Shown: positions 62,508-64,000 of the stretch, one piece after another
Numbering within the stretch: position 1 is the stretch's first letter
Layout: each line of letters opens with the position of its first letter
NCBI GenBank assembly: GCA_000934665.2
Contig: KZ538432.1
Coordinates: 1 to 64,000 of the forward strand
DNA length: 64,000 nucleotides
Direction of reading: 5' to 3'
Source of the DNA: Catajapyx aquilonaris
Lineage: Eukaryota
Translations under genes and position numbers: made by a program
Notes under the pieces: generated by a model
What the model was told of the DNA's origin: nothing
The model's database searches: none
The model's input: the letters and a program-made list of their open reading frames with translations, nothing else

Positions 62508-63717
62508 ACCAGGTACAGGGTGATCCGAAATACTTGTCTACTAATTGATTTGCACTATGCTGCTTATTTTTAGCATAGTTTCTTTTAATAGGTATTAGCT
62601 ACCAATATTCTTCTTAAAACCTGCAATTAGGAAATAAACAAGTCTATGTTTAGCTGGATTTTCCAGTGTCTTAACCAACTGAATAGCAATTTATAACAGT
62701 TACACGAGAGTTTCGTGAACACCTGGGAATTTCTATCTTGTTGTACTGTCAGGCATCACCCTCCCATGCCGTCGGGGTAAGAGCATTCACTTATTTATTC
62801 ACTTATCGCTCTGACCTATAACGCCCAAGGGTCGTTCCAGGCAGGAACATGCACCGCACATGTATCAGCTTCGTATGAATAAAATCGGACGGGACAAATC
62901 CGGGTCCAATTGTGCCGGTTGGAATAGACGCGCCCCAAGGGCCCTCATAAATCCGGCCGTAATATGACCCAAGCTAGCAGCCAGTCTCAAATATAACGCC
63001 ACCTGGTTTGGCTCGTAAAAGGGATAAGTAAGTGTAAGGCTCATTCGCCCAGCTCCAGATAGCCACCCGAACATAGCCCCACATGGCCTCCTTTGTTCTC
63101 AATTGGTATTAAGCTGCCGAGGAGGGAGTCGTTTAGGCGGCCATAATTAACGCTGTTCCCGTTAATAACAACGTTAAGGACTTGGAATTTTCACCGTGTC
63201 CAGCTGTTTATAATGAGAGTGATGACCACTACTGTTTGCACCAGTGGACTATTGCAGTTGATTACCTGCGGAAAGGGGGAGGAAAAAAGACTGGGTGGCG
63301 AATTAATTCCAGCGTGGATATATTGCATTTCTGCACATGTCATTCCAAAAGGCTGCATATGCCTCATGTGACATGTGCTATTAATGCCCTTCATGGGCAC
63401 GCTATGTGATATTGTTCGGCGACTGGAAAATAACCACATTTGCCATTTTTCTGCCAGAGAAATTGTGAGGATGTTTTTTTTTATCACGGTCGACCGCCGG
63501 ATGTTACCCATCAAATTGCTAATTACGACTTGAATAGCTGCAAAACACGTAAGCCTATATAACGTCCATTTAAAACAAGCACATTGTCCCGCGTATGCGG
63601 ACTGGACATTTTCTGCCAGTTATGGTGACTAAAAAAATTAATAGTGGAACACTTCCAATTTGTCATCAAAAATTATCAGCTTCTGTATATGTGAATTTTT
63701 GGTTGAATTTGGTTATA

Positions 63718-63935
63718 CAGGGAGGTGTTCCAAATTCGTGGGTCGTTTTTAAATAACTGATATCGCCCGATAATAATTATTTTTGTACCTTTTTGTGCCC
63801 CTAATCAGTGTCCCCATTCTATAGCAACTGCTATATTCGACACCCTGGGAGTAATTGAACACCTGGTTAGGTGCACTAATAACTACTATGGGTCGATATC
63901 AGTTATAAAAAAACACCAATTTGGAGGACACCCTG
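63718..63935. mobile_element. Tc1-like palindromic MITE, TA TSD
   Basis: ta|caggga..ccaaatt..ataactgatatcg ... cgatatcagttat..aatttgg..caccctg|ta. Confidence 0.7.
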
Positions 63936-64000
63936 TATAATAAGTTGAGCGAATTACTTGAGACATTCTGTACTGTATCAAGCTGAAAACTCTTCATCCA

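Noticed and set aside
58021..64000. Missing SLC22 5' exon(s) (TM1 and extracellular loop)
   Set aside because: No matching segment found by eye; probably outside the window

Overview
Eukaryotic (animal, probably arthropod-like) genomic DNA, so the six-frame ORF track is mostly noise. The main gene is a minus-strand SLC22 organic cation/carcinine-transporter-like gene. I rebuilt 9 GT-AG, phase-consistent coding exons by hand (58020 to 14852); its 5'-most exon(s) were not found and probably lie beyond 64000. Its 5' introns are 4-22 kb and full of tRNA-derived SINEs, MITEs/foldbacks (Tc1/mariner, piggyBac, CACTA, Harbinger, pogo types) and a Helitron-like element. Downstream, also on the minus strand, is a spliced orphan gene (12460 to ~8344, ~906 aa: acidic region, long coiled coil, two PIP-box-like motifs). 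It is followed by decayed exons (to ~3640) carrying a SIM-like motif and an OTU/vertnin-like protease relic. Other highlights are a three-tier nested insertion (mariner foldback > SINE > SINE) and several different SINE families sharing one 3' terminal stem motif (CCCC..TAA...ACGGGGTA). All family assignments come from motif recognition only; no searches were run.
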